DNA of 64,000 bases, from positions 744,001 through 808,000 of the forward strand of contig MU058824.1 of assembly GCA_013265495.1 (NCBI GenBank), read 5' to 3'. The notes beneath the pieces were generated by a model. It was not told the origin of the DNA. It saw nothing but the letters and a program-made list of their open reading frames with translations, and ran no database searches. The first letter of the stretch is position 1, and each line of letters begins with the position of its first letter. The stretch is from Vicugna vicugna (lineage: Eukaryota). Shown here piece after piece: positions 1 through 13,075 of this stretch. Both the position numbers and the translations under genes were made by a program.

Positions 1-725
1 CTTTATTATTTCCTTCCTTCTGCTGACTTTTGGGCATTTTTGCTCTTCTTTCTCTAGTTCTTTTAGCTGGTGGATTAGATTGTTTATTTGAGATTGTTCT
101 TCTTTTTTGAGGAAGGCCTGTATTGCTATAAACGTCCCTCTTAGCACTGCCTTTGCTGTGTCTCATAAGTTTTGTGTGGTTGTGTTTTCATTTTCATTTG
201 TCTCAAGGTATTTTTAATTTCCACTTTGATTTCATCATTGACCCATTGGTTTTTTAAATAGCATATTGTTTAATCTACATGCTTTCCTTTTTTGTCTCCT
301 TTGTTTCTCTGTAGTTGATTTCTAGTTTCATGGCATTGTGGTCAGTAAAGATAGTTGAGATAATTTTTATCTTTTTAAAATTGTTGAGGCTTCTTTTGTG
401 CACAAGTACATGATCAATCCTAGAAAATGTTCTATGTGCACTTGAAAAGAATGCATATCCTATTTTTTGGGGGGTGTAATGCTCTGAAAATATCCACCAA
501 ATCTAATTTTTCTATTGTATTATTTAATTTCTCTGTTGCCTTATTATTTTCTGTCTGGAAGCTCTGTCTAGTGGTGTTAACGTGATGTTAAAATCTCCGA
601 CAATGATTGTATTCCCATCAATTTCCCCCTTTATCTCTGTTTGTAGTTGTTTTATGTAGTTAGGTGCTCCTATGTTGGGTGCATATATATTAATGATTGT
701 AATATCCTCATCTTGGATTACTCCT
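1..725 (-). mobile_element. LINE-1 ORF2 endonuclease/linker region of a relatively young L1, running off the left edge
   Basis: ORF 524..736(-) reads IKGVIQDEDITIINIYAPNIGAPNYIKQ...TIIVGDFNITLTPLDR, the L1 EN motifs NIYAPN and GDFN; T-rich L1 antisense texture to base 1. Confidence 0.95.
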
Positions 726-2580
726 TTAATTGCCAATCTCTGCTTTTTGATTGGAGTGTTTAATCTATTTATAGTTATTGTAATTACTCATAAAGTAGGA
801 TTTATATCTACCATTTTGTTTGCTATTTGTTTTCTACATGACAATCTTTTTTGTTCCTCTAGTATTCTATTACTGCTTTTTTGTGTTAAATAGATTTTTT
901 TAGTATACCACTTTAATTCCTTTTTCATTTCTTTTACTATTTTTTGTGTTATTTTCTTAGTGGTTGTCCTGGAGGGTTAACATTTTTTTAACAATCCTTT
1001 TTTCTTTCTTAATTGGAGTACTGTCAGTTACAATGTGTCAATTTCTAGTGTGCAGCACAATGTCCCAGTCATGCATATACAGACATATATTTGTTTTCAT
1101 ATTTTTTCATTAAAGGTATTACAAGATATTGAACGTAGTTAGCTGTGCTATACTGCAGAAACTTTTTAAATCTATTTTTATATATAGTGGCTAATATTTG
1201 TAAATCTGCAACTCCCAAATTTATCCTTTCCCACTCCCTTTCCCCAGTAATCATAAGATTGTTTACTATGTCTGCAAGTCTGTTTCTGCATAACAATCCA
1301 TTTTGGATTAATACAACTTTATTTTAATCGTATACAACTTTTTTCTCCCATGTAGCTTCATACCCCATACCCCACATCCTTTGTGCTATTATTATCATTT
1401 TACAAATTACATTTTTATACACTATAAGACTATTAATACAGTTTTTAAATTACTACTTTATGCAGTTGTTTTTTATATCTGATTGGAAAAGAAAAGATTT
1501 ACAAACAAAATACATTTATAGTATCGTTTATATTTACTTCTGTCGTTACCTTTACCTGTGCTCCCCTTTTCTTCCTGTGGATTCAAGTTATGGCCTAGTG
1601 TCCTTTATTTTCAGTCTGAAGGACTGACTCTCTTTAGCATTTCTTGTAAGGTAGATCTGCTTATGACCAATTCTTTGTTATTGTTAATCTGGGAGTGTCT
1701 TCTTCATTTTTGAAGAATAGTTTTGCTAGGTATAGACTTCTTGACAGTTTTTAGCACTTGATATGTCATTCTAGTGCCTTCTGTCCTGCCTGGTTTCTGA
1801 TGAAAAATCAGCTTTTAGTCTTACTGATAATATTTTAAATGTGATGGGTTCTTTCTTGCTACTTTCAAGATACTCTCTTTGTCTTTGACTTTTGTTTGAC
1901 AGTTTGATTATGATGTGTCTTGGTGTGGATCTCTTTACCCTAATTGGAGTCCATTGATCTTCTTGGATGTGTAGATTATTGGTTTTGGCTATTTCTTCAA
2001 ATATTCTTTCTGTTCTTTTCTCTTCTCTCCTTCTGGGACTCTCATATGTGTATGTTGGTATGCCTGATGGTGTCCCATGGGTATCTGCTCATTTTTCCTC
2101 ATTCTTTTTTTATTCAGTTCCTCAGATAGTTTCAATCAATTTAACTTCAAGTTCACCAATTATTTCTTCTGCTAATTCAAATATGCTGCTAAGTCCCTTT
2201 AGTGAATTTTTCATTTCATTTCAGTTATTTTACTTTTCAGTATGAGAATTTCTATTTGTTTTAAAAATAATTTCTATTTTTTGTTTGTATACTTTATTTG
2301 ATGAGACAGTTTTCTCATATTTTTCTTTAGTTCTTTAGACATGGATTCCTTTGGTGCTTTGAACATATTCATAATATTTGATATAAAGTCTTTGTCTAGA
2401 AAGACCAACATCTGTGCTTCCTCAGGACAGTTTTTATTGACAGTTTGTGTTTGTATATGTGTGTGGGTGTGTGTGTCATACTTTCTTTGCATGTATTATA
2501 GTTACTTTTAGTTAAAATTAGACATTTAAAATAATGTAATATGGCACCTTTGGAAATCAAATCCCTCCTCTTCTCATTAA
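726..2580 (-). mobile_element. Older decayed L1 (L1MC/MD-like): ORF2 start plus ORF1 region, interrupted by the 998-1290 insertion
   Basis: Minus strand ~730-800 resembles the ORF2 N-terminus (LNTPIKKQRL); ORF 2274..2492(-) is ORF1-like (PEEAQML..LDKDF..NMFK..KESMSKELK). Confidence 0.8.
998..1290 (-). mobile_element. 5'-truncated L1 3'UTR fragment with TSD
   Basis: T-rich tail at 998-1010 then cetartiodactyl-type L1 3'UTR; flanked by TAACAATCC at 989-997 and 1291-1299. Confidence 0.85.
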
Positions 2581-3024
2581 AAAAAAAATTCTTCTTTTTA
2601 CTGTTCTGATTTGGTGATATCCACCAGCTCATCTTCCAGATTTCTTATCCATTCTTCTGTATCATCTTATCTGCTGTTGATTCCCTCTTTAATTTTAGTT
2701 ATTGTATTCTTCAGTTCTGATTGGTTTTTACTTGTATTTTCTAAGTCTTTGCAGAGGTTCTCACTGAGTTCCTCCATCTTCTCCCAAGTTGAATGAGCAG
2801 CCTTATGATCATTTCTTTGAACTCTTTACCATTTAAATTATTTATTTCCATTTCATTAGAGTATTTTTCTGGAGTTTTTTTTTTTCCTCTTGTTTGGTAC
2901 TCATTCCTCTGTCTCCTCATTTTGTTTGACTCTGGAGTTTGTTTCTATGAATTAGGTGAAACACTACCTCTCCCAGTCTTGATGAAGTGGTGTGTGGGAG
3001 TGTCCCCTGTGTAGACTGCTTGAG

Positions 3025-3210
3025 CTTTTTAGCTTTGGCAGACTGGCTAGAGCTGGGGCAGGAGCAGACCAGGGACAGTCCCTGGTAGTGCCATGCCAAG
3101 GCCGCCTTGGTGGAACAGCTGGAGCTGGAGCCAGCATGGGCTAGAGGCAGTATTGGGGTGCACTGTGTCAAGGCAGCCTTGGCAGGACAGCTGGAGCTGG
3201 AGTGGGTACA
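3025..3210. repeat. Three degenerate ~72-bp tandem units in the L1 5'UTR
   Basis: Core TTGG...GCT(G/A)GAGCTGG recurs with TTGG at 3035, 3107 and 3179; CAAGG at 3097 and 3169. Confidence 0.7.
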
Positions 3211-3614
3211 GTATGGGTGGAGCCTAGGAGGAGCTCAAACAGTGGTCCTTGCCAGTGCCTCTGACCCTAGAGAGGGCTTCAACCTTTTGCTACCCATTTG
3301 GCAGAAGCTCTAACGTTAGTAAATGGATTTCCTTCCCTTATATTCTAGGTTCCCTTTAAACTGCTGTTTTTAATTGTTTCTCAGGTGGGCAGATCTGTGC
3401 TCAAGCTCCTCAGCAATATCCCTCCCTACTGCAGGTCGCTGTGTTGGGGGTGGGGTTCCCATGGATGCTATATTTCCATCTTTCTTACCCATTTCTACAT
3501 GGTCCTTCCACGTGCAGAAGCTGTTCAATCAGCCCTCAGGTCTTCTTTAGGAGGAATTGCTCTGTATGTAAGTGTAGATTTGGTGTGTCTGTGGAAGGAG
3601 GTGAGCTCACTGTC

Positions 3615-3792
3615 TTTTTTTTAACTTTTTTTTTATTGATTTATAATTATTTTACAATGTTGTGTCAAATTCCAGTGTAGAGCACAAGTTTTCAGTTATA
3701 CATAAACATATATATATTCATTGTCACATTTTTTTTCTGTGAGCTACCTTAAGATCTTGTATATATTTCCCTGTGCTATACAGTATAATCTT
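3615..3792 (-). mobile_element. Young ~180-bp L1 3' tail inserted in the L1 5'UTR
   Basis: poly-T then TTATTGATTTATAATTATTTTACAATGTTGTGTCAAATTCCAGTG, near-identical to copies at 40625, 42090 and (reverse) ~51100-51290. Confidence 0.9.
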
Positions 3793-3819
3793 CTTATACT
3801 GCCATCTTGAACCCCTTCC

Positions 3820-4368
3820 TTCCTTTCACTTTTTTAAGGTAAACCTCATGTTGGCCCCAACTTTTATCAATGTTACAGGCAGCCACAGTGTTAAATGGTG
3901 GCCACTGATATTTTTTGACAAATGCCTCGGAGGAAAGGCCATTCTCACTGAGCAAGCTCTGAATCAGGTTGTACAAAGGTGAAACTTGCAAATGGGGGTT
4001 ACTAAAGAAACTGTTCGACATGTCCAATAGTAACAGTTCTCTGGAGTGGGGGCTTTTGGGCAGCTTCAATCATGTCAGCCTTCTCCATTGGCTGGAAAGC
4101 TGCTGGTTTTCACAGCTGCAATGATTGTGAGGCTGTTGGTTTTCAAGATTGCCATGGAGGTGGGAGAGGAGGCTGAGAATAGGACAAGATAAAACACCAC
4201 AAAACTCACTCTTTATATTAAGATTTAGCCATTTTGTTGCAAGACTTGGGTTAATCTCTAGAGTTCTAAAAAAGTTGATTTTTGACTTTTTTTTTGTGCT
4301 GGTTTTTTTATTGCTTTTATGGAAGAACAGATTTTCAGAGATCCTTACTCCATTATTCCAGAGGTTGG
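3820..4368 (-). mobile_element. Old L1 (L1MC/MD-like) 5'UTR
   Basis: Motifs CTCACTGAGCAAGCTCTGA and TTGCTTTTATGGAAGAACAGATTTTCAGAGATCCTTACTCCA resemble L1M 5' ends. Confidence 0.6.
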
Positions 4369-4399
4369 TCTCTTCCAAATGGTTTTTAAATACTCATGA

Positions 4400-7300
4400 T
4401 TCTTCTCTTTTAGTTATTTAGTATGTTGAATTACAATGACAGATTTCCTTTACATTCCTAGGGAAAAATTCATATGATGATGATGTATAATTTTTAAATA
4501 TATTTTTGAATTCAGCTAGTTAATATTTCACTTGGAATTTTTTGCATCTGTATTTGTAGAGGTACTAGGCAAATATTTTAATTTTCTTGTTCCAATCTTA
4601 GCTAGTTTTGGAAGTTTGATTATATTACTCTTAGAAAATGAGTTAGACTGCTTTATCTCATTTTCTATATTTTTGGGGAAAACTTGTATATGATAGAGAT
4701 AATCTGTTCCTTCAAAGTTTGGCAAAATGCACCTATAAATTCAATGGGGCTGGGCAATATTTGGGGAGGTATGTCAATTTCCTTAAAAGTTTTGGTGAGA
4801 TTGAAGTTTATTTTTCATTCTTTTGTCATGCTTTACTTTTTTCCTCTCTTTCTCTGTCTCTTTTTTTTTTTATTGCACTGTGTTCGTCCTTCATGGAAAT
4901 CTATTTTTTTTGCATCCAAGCAAATATCATACAAAAATTTCTAATGATGTCTTCTTCCTACAGCAGATTATTTTTAGAAAATTGCTTTCTCTTTTAATTT
5001 TTAGGATGATGGGCTTTTTCCCTTCTTCTGTATTATTTTTTTACAGGCCTCATGTTTGTGTGTGTGTGTGTGTGTGCGCGCATGCACGCGGGCATGCACA
5101 TGCATGTGTGTATGTGATTTACCCATTTTCAAATGAAAGAAAATACAGAAGTTTTTACAAAAAAGAGATTGCATGGCTTCTTCTCTTTCTGTCTTCTGTG
5201 TCAAATCCCTTCTTTGATCTACAAATGGTTGCATGCAATTCTGAGCCCAATTCTAAGTATTTGTCCAGCATTTATGTCATGTGGCATTGCCCACCAGAGG
5301 TGCTATCTCTGTTCTCTCTTTCCGGTTTTCTAATGTTCTGAAACAATAGGATACATGACAAATTACAGTCCTCCAAGTGGACTTTACTGTACCAGGCTCT
5401 TTCTTTTTTGTACTTGCCTATAGCCCTTCTCTTGAGAAGAATTTCTGTTTCAGCATACAGTCCCTGTTGGTTTTACGTTTTCTGTGAAACAGCATTCCCC
5501 CTTTTAACAACCTTTTCCTGGAAGGACCTTCTCTGAATGAATGTAGAAAGAAGAGAGGGTTGAAAGAAAGTCATAAAATAGGAATATCATAATATCAGAA
5601 GGATGGATGCTCAACAGTCTGGTTGACTCTGATCCTAGTTTTCTGAGGCAAGGAGGACATTGTGAATGAGAGACAAGTGTCTTCATATTTTATTTCATGT
5701 TGTTTGAACTTTAAAAAATTATTATGTTGTTGTAAAGCAAAGGAAGCGACCAGTTGTTTTTTCTCAATCCAGCTTCATTGGTCTTATAGATAATGAAAAT
5801 TCCTCCCAGATTCTGGCAACCAGCTTGTCTGCATGTCTCAGTTTTCAGAGTTGTTTTTAATTTTGGACTCATCGTCTTTTTTGGTAATTTTACTGGGCTG
5901 CTGGAAGTAACTACATCAAGGATTGCTAATTTGATTCCATTTTAAAAAGGAATTCCATTGCAAATGAACTTAAAAATATTTTTTCAAGTTATATTAGGAA
6001 TAGTTGAAGTTCACTTTCAAGTTGCTTTATTTTACAGATTAACCTGTGAAGGGTTTTTATTTTTATGGTATTTATTATTTCCTTTCCAGAATTTCTATTC
6101 AGAATTTTACATAAAATTTGCATTCATTTATAATATCTCTTTTTACATTTTCATTGTTGGAATGAATAAATTGTTTTCATTTTAATTTCTGACTACTTTC
6201 AATGATATGGAAATGGTATAGATGAGTGCTATGGTTGTATGCATTTATTTATCACTGACTACTTTGCTAAGGTCTTTTAATAACTTTGATAATTTTATAG
6301 ATGATATAAAACAGTTTTGGTATACAGTGATATTTCTGAAATTAACATTTTCTTTTTTTCTCTCTAGTCTAAAATTATTTCCTTAAGTGTCATTGTATTT
6401 CTAAGAATCTAAAATGTAGTATTAATTAGTAAATGATGGCAATAGGCATTTATACTTTGTTTCTGTTGTTAATGAAAAAAACCTAATGCTTTCCTCCTTT
6501 ATGTAGAAAGCTATTTCATGGGTTTAAGGAGATTCTCCTTTGTACTGAATATCTTTCCACATAATAAGGATTTAATAGCATTGTTGTGAAGTTATAAAGA
6601 AATATCTTTCTATTCCTATATTTTCAGAATTTAAAAATAAATTCTGATTTTTTGAAAACCCTTTGAGCATATATTTAAATATAGGTTTTATTCTTTATAC
6701 TATCGATGTGGTATATTGTTTTGGTAAATTTTCTTATGTTGATTATTCCTTAAATGCCTGTGACAAGTCCCATTTGTTCATGGTGTATTATTTTTTAGTA
6801 AATAGCTAAATTCTCTCTGTTAATATTTTGTTTAACATTTTTGTGTGTGTATTAATGAATGAAATTGACAGTGTTTTTTTTAATCTTTATCAGGTTTTAT
6901 AGACAAGATCATAATTTACTTATAGTTTTACCATTTTGCTTTGTTCAAAAATGGTTTATAATAATTGATATTATTCCCTGATCATTTTAGATAATTTATC
7001 TATGAACTTATATAATCCTTTTGCTTTCTTTAATTATTATCTCCAATTTGTTTTTCAGTTTTTATCATATTTTGTAAAAATAAATTATTCATTGCATAGA
7101 ATTCATTTTCATACAACTACTTATTCACTCATTTAATTTTATATTTTGATTTTGTATTCTTTTTCACTTCAGTTTAATTTATTTGCAATTTACTCTTGAT
7201 TAACTTTTTGTTGTTGGGCTATTTGATTTTAGCAAGTCAGATCATGGTTTTATTTTTCAATTAAACTTCTGTTCAATTTTCCAGTATGTTTATTTAATTT

Positions 7301-7600
7301 TATTTTTCTCTTTTCTTTCTTTTTTTTGGGGGGGTGGAGGGGTTGGGTTGTCTTTTATCCTTTAAAGTATTCATCTGATTTTCTTTAGCTTATGACTTTT
7401 TCTCTACAAGTTACTTTTTCTACATTCAGTAGACACATTGAGTTTTCAAGGACATCATTTTCTATATTGTCTGCTACTGCATTGTTAATTATTGTTTTGT
7501 AAATACATTGTGTTTATGGGATTTTAAAACTATTTAGTGGTCTTGTTGATATTCTTGATATTAACTTTATAATAGCAATTTTTGTGGGCTTTTTTATATA
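4400..7600 (-). mobile_element. Highly decayed L1ME/L1M5-like ORF2 fragments (at least two copies of the RT-entry region)
   Basis: ORF 4528..4725(-) resembles FQKIE..PNSFYEASITLIPKP..KENYRPISLMNIDAK; the same region recurs at ~6740-6870; very AT-rich. Confidence 0.7.
5057..5117. repeat. (TG)n plus alternating purine/pyrimidine tract
   Basis: (TG)10 CGCGCATGCACGCG GGCATGCACATGCATGTGTGTATGTG. Confidence 0.9.
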
Positions 7601-7879
7601 CAACTTTGTCAGAGCACCTAAAGTTTGTATGACTTGGGGGATGGTAAGCTCTCTTCAAAAACCCTGGAGAGGAATGATGGATGAAGAACATATTTAGCTC
7701 TCTTTTAGTTGATTTATTAAGGTCAAGGTTATTGTAACCTTGTTATTAAAGTTAATGTGTGAGAAAAAGAATTACCAATATATCTCTATGAGTTATACAT
7801 ACAATAAAGAAACTGTGGTAAATGCCTATTTTATGCTGTAAGAACTTTCATGTAAAGCTCATTTTCTTAATTCTTTATT

Positions 7880-8100
7880 TCTCTTCACCACTTCATAGTT
7901 TTACAGAGACATTTTCATAGACACTTTCATTTGATCCCCATTAGAACCCTATGAAACAGGCAAGTAGGCATGCGGTGTTAATCTAGTTAACACATGAGAG
8001 AATTAAGGCTCATGGAAGTCAAAGCTTTACTCAAGTCACCAGGTTAATTGGTGGAATATCTGGAAGTTGAACCCAAGTCTCTTGCCTCCAGTCCTCTGCT
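7880..8100 (-). mobile_element. MIR SINE
   Basis: CATTTGATCC...AACCCTATGA...TAAGGCTCA...TCAAGTCACC...GAACCCAAGTCT. Confidence 0.7.
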
Positions 8101-10164
8101 TGTTGCGGAGTATCACAGTGCTCCAAGTTGATCATTAAACACTGCAGTGTGGATTCTTTTCTAGTAGTTGGCTATAAATGATATATAATTTTAATAGCAT
8201 ATGCTTATTTCCAAAGAAAGGATTTTACTCCCATTCTATGCCAGTGTTATTTTAATGTGTGACATTACATAGCAGGCTGCATGCTCTTACATGAAAAAAT
8301 TTTAGGAAAAAAATGTTTGCATGTATCTATTTTTGCAGATCTATTCTAATTTAAGGAATCATGATGATTGAAAACCCACTTTTCAGAATAAATTAGGATA
8401 AAATTTTTTGTTACATCTTGACTTCTACCTCCTTTGAAGCCAATGTAATTCTAATGGAAATCTAGGGAAATATTTTAAATTCCCACCCTGAATTTCATGA
8501 ATGAAATCACAGGACAAGTGTGTGTTGGAATCCTATGATTTCCTTCCTGTCTCACTATATCAAAGAACTCATCACTGGAGCTGCTCCTTAGGCATGAGAC
8601 CTACTTTAACAATTGTAGTTGTAACAGTGCTATTCATTCCTCTACTTAGTGCTGTAGAGTTTACAGAGCCCATTCCCAGATACTCTTTTTAAACTCCTGT
8701 GTGAAGGATGGGTCAAGGATTATAGCCCTTTTTTACAGCTGAGGAAAATAGATTCAGGGGTGTGTCTGGTCCTGCCTAACTTCATAATAGGTGGTGTTGT
8801 GGCTTAAACCCATGTCCTTTAGCTCACTGTTTAGGACCCTTGTACCATGCCATACTGTTTTCAACATGGTCAGTAGGGAGCCTCTTTGAGAACTGGCATG
8901 CTAAAGGTTTAAATTGTCCCATATTATAATGGCAAAGTCAGTGAGAACTTTGCAAGACAAGAGCAGAAGGAAACAAATTTTTTTTTACAGGATGTTATGA
9001 AATACCTTAGGATGAAAATGTAAAAGGCTATGTAATTTAATGTCGGGACTTAAAAACCAAAAACAAAACACATATATCTACCTGACTTTATTGGCATTAT
9101 TTTGATAGGATATAGTTCATTTTGATTTTTTTGTATGTCCTGTTTTTAGGTATCTATTGCATTATATCAGCTAATATGCCCACACGAATATACACATGTA
9201 CACACATGAGATAGATGTGCTCATATGTACTACAGCATTTTCTGCTGAGATTCTCCAGCAAGCCAAGAGAATTAGAACTGTCTCTAAAACAGAGTCAAAT
9301 GCTTGTCTCCCAGGCCATGTCCATAGGCAACATGAGCACAAAGACTGCCCTCCAGAGTTTTAGAAAAAACCTGGCCAGTTCCTTGGACAGGCAAATAAAT
9401 CAGGGCGTGCTCAGCTTTGTTTGCATGAGGGTGAAGTGATTTGCGGGGGCGTCTTTCTTACTTCTGAATGCTGTCCTAGAGCTGCAAAGTGATTTCTTTT
9501 CTTTCTAACCTTATTGGATCCCCAACTGTCTATCTGGGTGCTTTTTTTAAAGTGTATGCTTGGTAACACTCTACTTCAGAATAATAAATGACAAAGAGGA
9601 AGCTCTTCATTTTCGAAGTCTTGGTTACACTGGTAGAGGAAGGCAGGGCCAGGGATGTACTGTGCAGGTGCTTGCGTCATCATTGTTATACCCCTGGGTT
9701 AGGTGCTGTTGTGTTCTTCTGGTCCTTGTGCCTGTGACATCATTGATGTGGCAATCCTGACAACTACTCTGTTGTCCTCTCAAACAGTTGATACAGTCAT
9801 TCTCTTGAAGGTCAGTAATGACTCCTATGCACCAAATTCAACACCTTTTTCTTGATCTCCATCTTCCTGGAAGCCTCTGCTTCTCCAGAGGAAACAAACT
9901 GTAACTAAGAGGGGGAAACTTGGGTTTGGGGATGATGGAACGTGGGAGGGAAGGTAAATCTCTAAGAAACCAGCAAGCTGAGCCTTTAACATTACAAGAC
10001 AGGAATCGAGGACTCCAGACCATGTCCCAAGGTGGAGAAAGAAGAGTGTGACCAAGATTCCCTGTTTAAAATCAGATTCCAATAAGAGGAATGTGATTCC
10101 CACAGCATTGGGCTTGAGGGCTGGGTAGCTTAACCCTCCTATCTAATGTCAGGATTGATCTAGA

Positions 10165-10483
10165 CTACCTGTCCAGAAGAAGAATAGAATGTGAGCTTCA
10201 GAGGTGAGCTATATATATATATATTTTTTTTTAATTTTCTAGTAGCCACATTAAAAAAGTAAAAAGATACAAGTGAAATTATGTTTAATAATACATTTTG
10301 TTTAACCTAGTATATATGAAATATTATCATTTCAACATGTAATCAGTAAAACACTATTAATGAGATATTTTACCCTCTTTTTCTCATACTAAGTTTTTGA
10401 AATTTGAGTTTACTTTACACTTACAGCACATCTCAATTCAGGCTAGCCACATTTGGCTAGTGGCACCATATTGGACAGTGCAG
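10165..10483. mobile_element. MER33-like hAT-Charlie non-autonomous DNA transposon
   Basis: TTTTCTAGTAGCCACATTAAAAAAGTAAAAAGA...GGCTAGCCACAT...TTGGACAGTGCAG; TCTAGA-containing flanks at 10158 and 10484, the Charlie target preference. Confidence 0.85.
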
Positions 10484-11618
10484 GTCTAGAGGCAAGACTC
10501 AGATGGTGGGTAGGAGCCTAGCATTCTATCCTATGGGGAGGAATAAGACTTGGACTATGGGGACTTAAAGCAGTAAGCCTGAGAACTGCCAGATTAATTT
10601 CACAGAGTGGCAGATCTTAGCATTAAAATATGCTCAAAAACATTTCCTATCAAAACAAAACAAAAACAACAATCTTTTACTATTTCTTTATTGCCTATTG
10701 CAATGTCCAAATTCCTCACTGTGACACTGGAGGTCCTTCTCCATGTCGACCTAACCTATGTTAGTGGTATATTCTCTTTCCACTCTCCCCCATCTGCAAT
10801 TATACCATCTCTGTTTTTTAAATACAGCAGAGCCCTCTTTTGTAACACATTTAGTTGACAATTTTATTGAAAAAGTTACTGAAAGGAGAAAATTATAAAA
10901 ACACATAAAACTTATACATATGACACTTTTAAACATGTTTAAACTGAAAAGATACACTGTATGTCATATGATAAAAGATACTGTAAGTCATATGAGGAAG
11001 GGATAAGGGTATTTCTTTAAGCATGGGTCATCTGGCTGAAGTTCTTCATAACATTTCTTGCATAAACCTAACCCATAATGTATAGTATTCATTAAACATA
11101 TTTTAAAAACAATCTGATTATAGATCCCTTTAGATTTTTAACAAATTTCTCCAAAATCCTGGTAGTTGTCTTGACTACACCTAAATTGTTAGCAAAGGTT
11201 TTTAGTACTTTAAAAAAGAGTCTTTCCAAAGCACTCATCCTAGGTTGCATGGAAACAACTCTTTTTTTCGTATTCATATTAGTTTATGTCATATTTAATT
11301 AAATTATATTTTATGACAAATAGAACTGGCCTGAATAGGTTTGGCAAGAAACACAGCTGGCTCTTGGTAAGCATACAGTTCATCTGGTGAAAGTACATGT
11401 AAGCAGGTGTCACAGAGTACCCTATCAGCCCTGAATATTCAACATGTGTTACAGTAGGTCTTAGAGAGGGAATAGAGAGCACAGGCTAATTGGGTGATCA
11501 GGTTAACAGACTGTAGTGATTATCCTGTCAATTCCTGTTGTTCTGTCTTGCTCTTGGCCTGAACTTCCTCCTGGAATCACTTTCTTTTCATCTTCAACCT
11601 CTTGCTGTGGACAATCTT

Positions 11619-12052
11619 TGGTAGGCAGAATATAGGCCCCCAATGATGTCCACGTACTAATCTCTGGAACCTGTGACTATGTTAACTTACATGGCAAAAG
11701 GGACTTTGCAGATGTGATTAAGTTAAAGATCTTGAGATGGAGAGATTATCCTTCATGAGCTAGGTGGGCTGATGTAATCACAGAGAACCTTTCCCAGTTG
11801 TGGTCAGAAAGGTAGCTGCTTTGAAAATGGATGAATAGGGCCATGAGGGTTGTCTCTAGAAGCTAGAAAGGCAAGGAAATAGATTTTCCCCTACAGCCTC
11901 CAGAAAGGAATGTGGTCCTCCTGATACCTTGATTTTAGCCCAGGGAGACCCATGTTGGTCTTCTAATCTACAAAACGGTGAGATAATAAATTTGTGTTAT
12001 TTTTAAGCCACTGAGCATGTGATAGTTTTTTAGTAGAAATGGACAACTAATT
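11619..12052 (+). mobile_element. MaLR solo LTR (MLT1D-like)
   Basis: GGTAGGCAGAAT..GGCCCCC..GATGTCCAC...ACATGGCAAAAGGGACTTTGCAGATGTGATTAAG...AATAAATTTGTGTT..TAAGCCACT. Confidence 0.9.
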
Positions 12053-12321
12053 TAACAAAATCTACTCAATCGTCCAGGCTTATCTTAATTTCAAAATCCT
12101 CTGTGAAGTTTTCCTTAATACCTGTGATTTGGTATGAACTTCTCCTCTTTTGGACTTTGTATCCTTTTTATTGTACTCACCTTAATTCTCCTTATATTAT
12201 AGTAATCAGTGGCCTTTGCTTAACCTTCTACTGACTACAGGCTTTGATCAGCAGGGACTGTATTTATTTTTGTACCATAAATTCCGATGGTCTCTATGCT
12301 TTGTCCTTGGATTAATATAGA

Positions 12322-12530
12322 CTTGTGCTGTACAGTAGTGTAGCCACGCCACATGTAGCTATTTAAGTATAAATTAATTTAAATGAAATAAAATAAAAAT
12401 CAGTTTCTTAGTCTCACTACCCATATTTCAGGAGCCCAACAGCTACATATAGTTAACAGCTACTATATTGGGCAACGCAGGTATAAAACATTTTCATCAT
12501 TTCAGAAAGTTCTATTGGATAACGATATTC
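12322..12530. mobile_element. MER3-like hAT-Charlie element
   Basis: TGTGCTGT...GTAGCCAC...CACATGTAGCTATTTAA...AACATTTTCATCATTTCAGAAAGTTCTATTGGA. Confidence 0.85.
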
Positions 12531-12674
12531 CAGATGGGTAGTTTTTGTGTGCTTGCACAATAACTTCTCACCACTTGCAGGGGTGTTTTTTGAGGAGTAG
12601 TTGAGGGCTATTGTTATGCTGTGACTCTTCTTTTGAGAAGGAAGCTTTAGAAATGAGGCTCTGCTGTAGGAATT

Positions 12675-13075
12675 TGTATCAGTCAGGGTCCTGGTAGGAA
12701 AGCCACGCCATTCTTTCAAAAGACATCTTTAAGGTGTGGATAGAGTTAAGAGAGCTAATGAAAAAGGCTGAGGCAGCCAGAGGTTAGCAAAGTGGAAAGC
12801 TGTTACCATTTCGGGTTGAAGGATTATTGGAATCATGGGAAGTGCCACCCAACATAGCTGTGGTCCTGAAGGAATGCAGCCTCTAACAGAAACGTGGTCA
12901 GAGCAGAGAGGATCAGGGAAGGAATCTCCAACCTCTCTCTCTTCTCCTGATCTCAGATCTCCAGACAAACCCAACCTGAAGCCAAGCAGCAAGGAGCCTG
13001 GGAGAGACAGTTTCAGGGTGAGCCACCTGCTGTACAGAATAGAGAGAAAGGCAGAGAGTGATTATGGGGTGGAGG
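12675..13075 (-). mobile_element. ERVL-type LTR (LTR33-like)
   Basis: Begins TGTATCAGTCAGGGTCCTGGTAGGAAA; internal CAAACCCAACCTGAAGCCA...AAGGAGCCTGG. Confidence 0.55.

Larger units (their letters stand above)
2590..3812 (-). mobile_element. L1 5'UTR plus ORF1 N-terminal fragment
   Basis: Minus strand begins GTTCAAGATGGCAG...GTGAGCTCAC (L1 5' end with YY1-type AAGATGGC motif) near 3812; ORF1-like sequence 2600-2960. Confidence 0.75.

Noticed and set aside
4823..5341. 172-aa ORF, the longest in the window
   Set aside because: Low-complexity Phe/Cys-Val translation of T-rich L1 relic and (TG)n repeat
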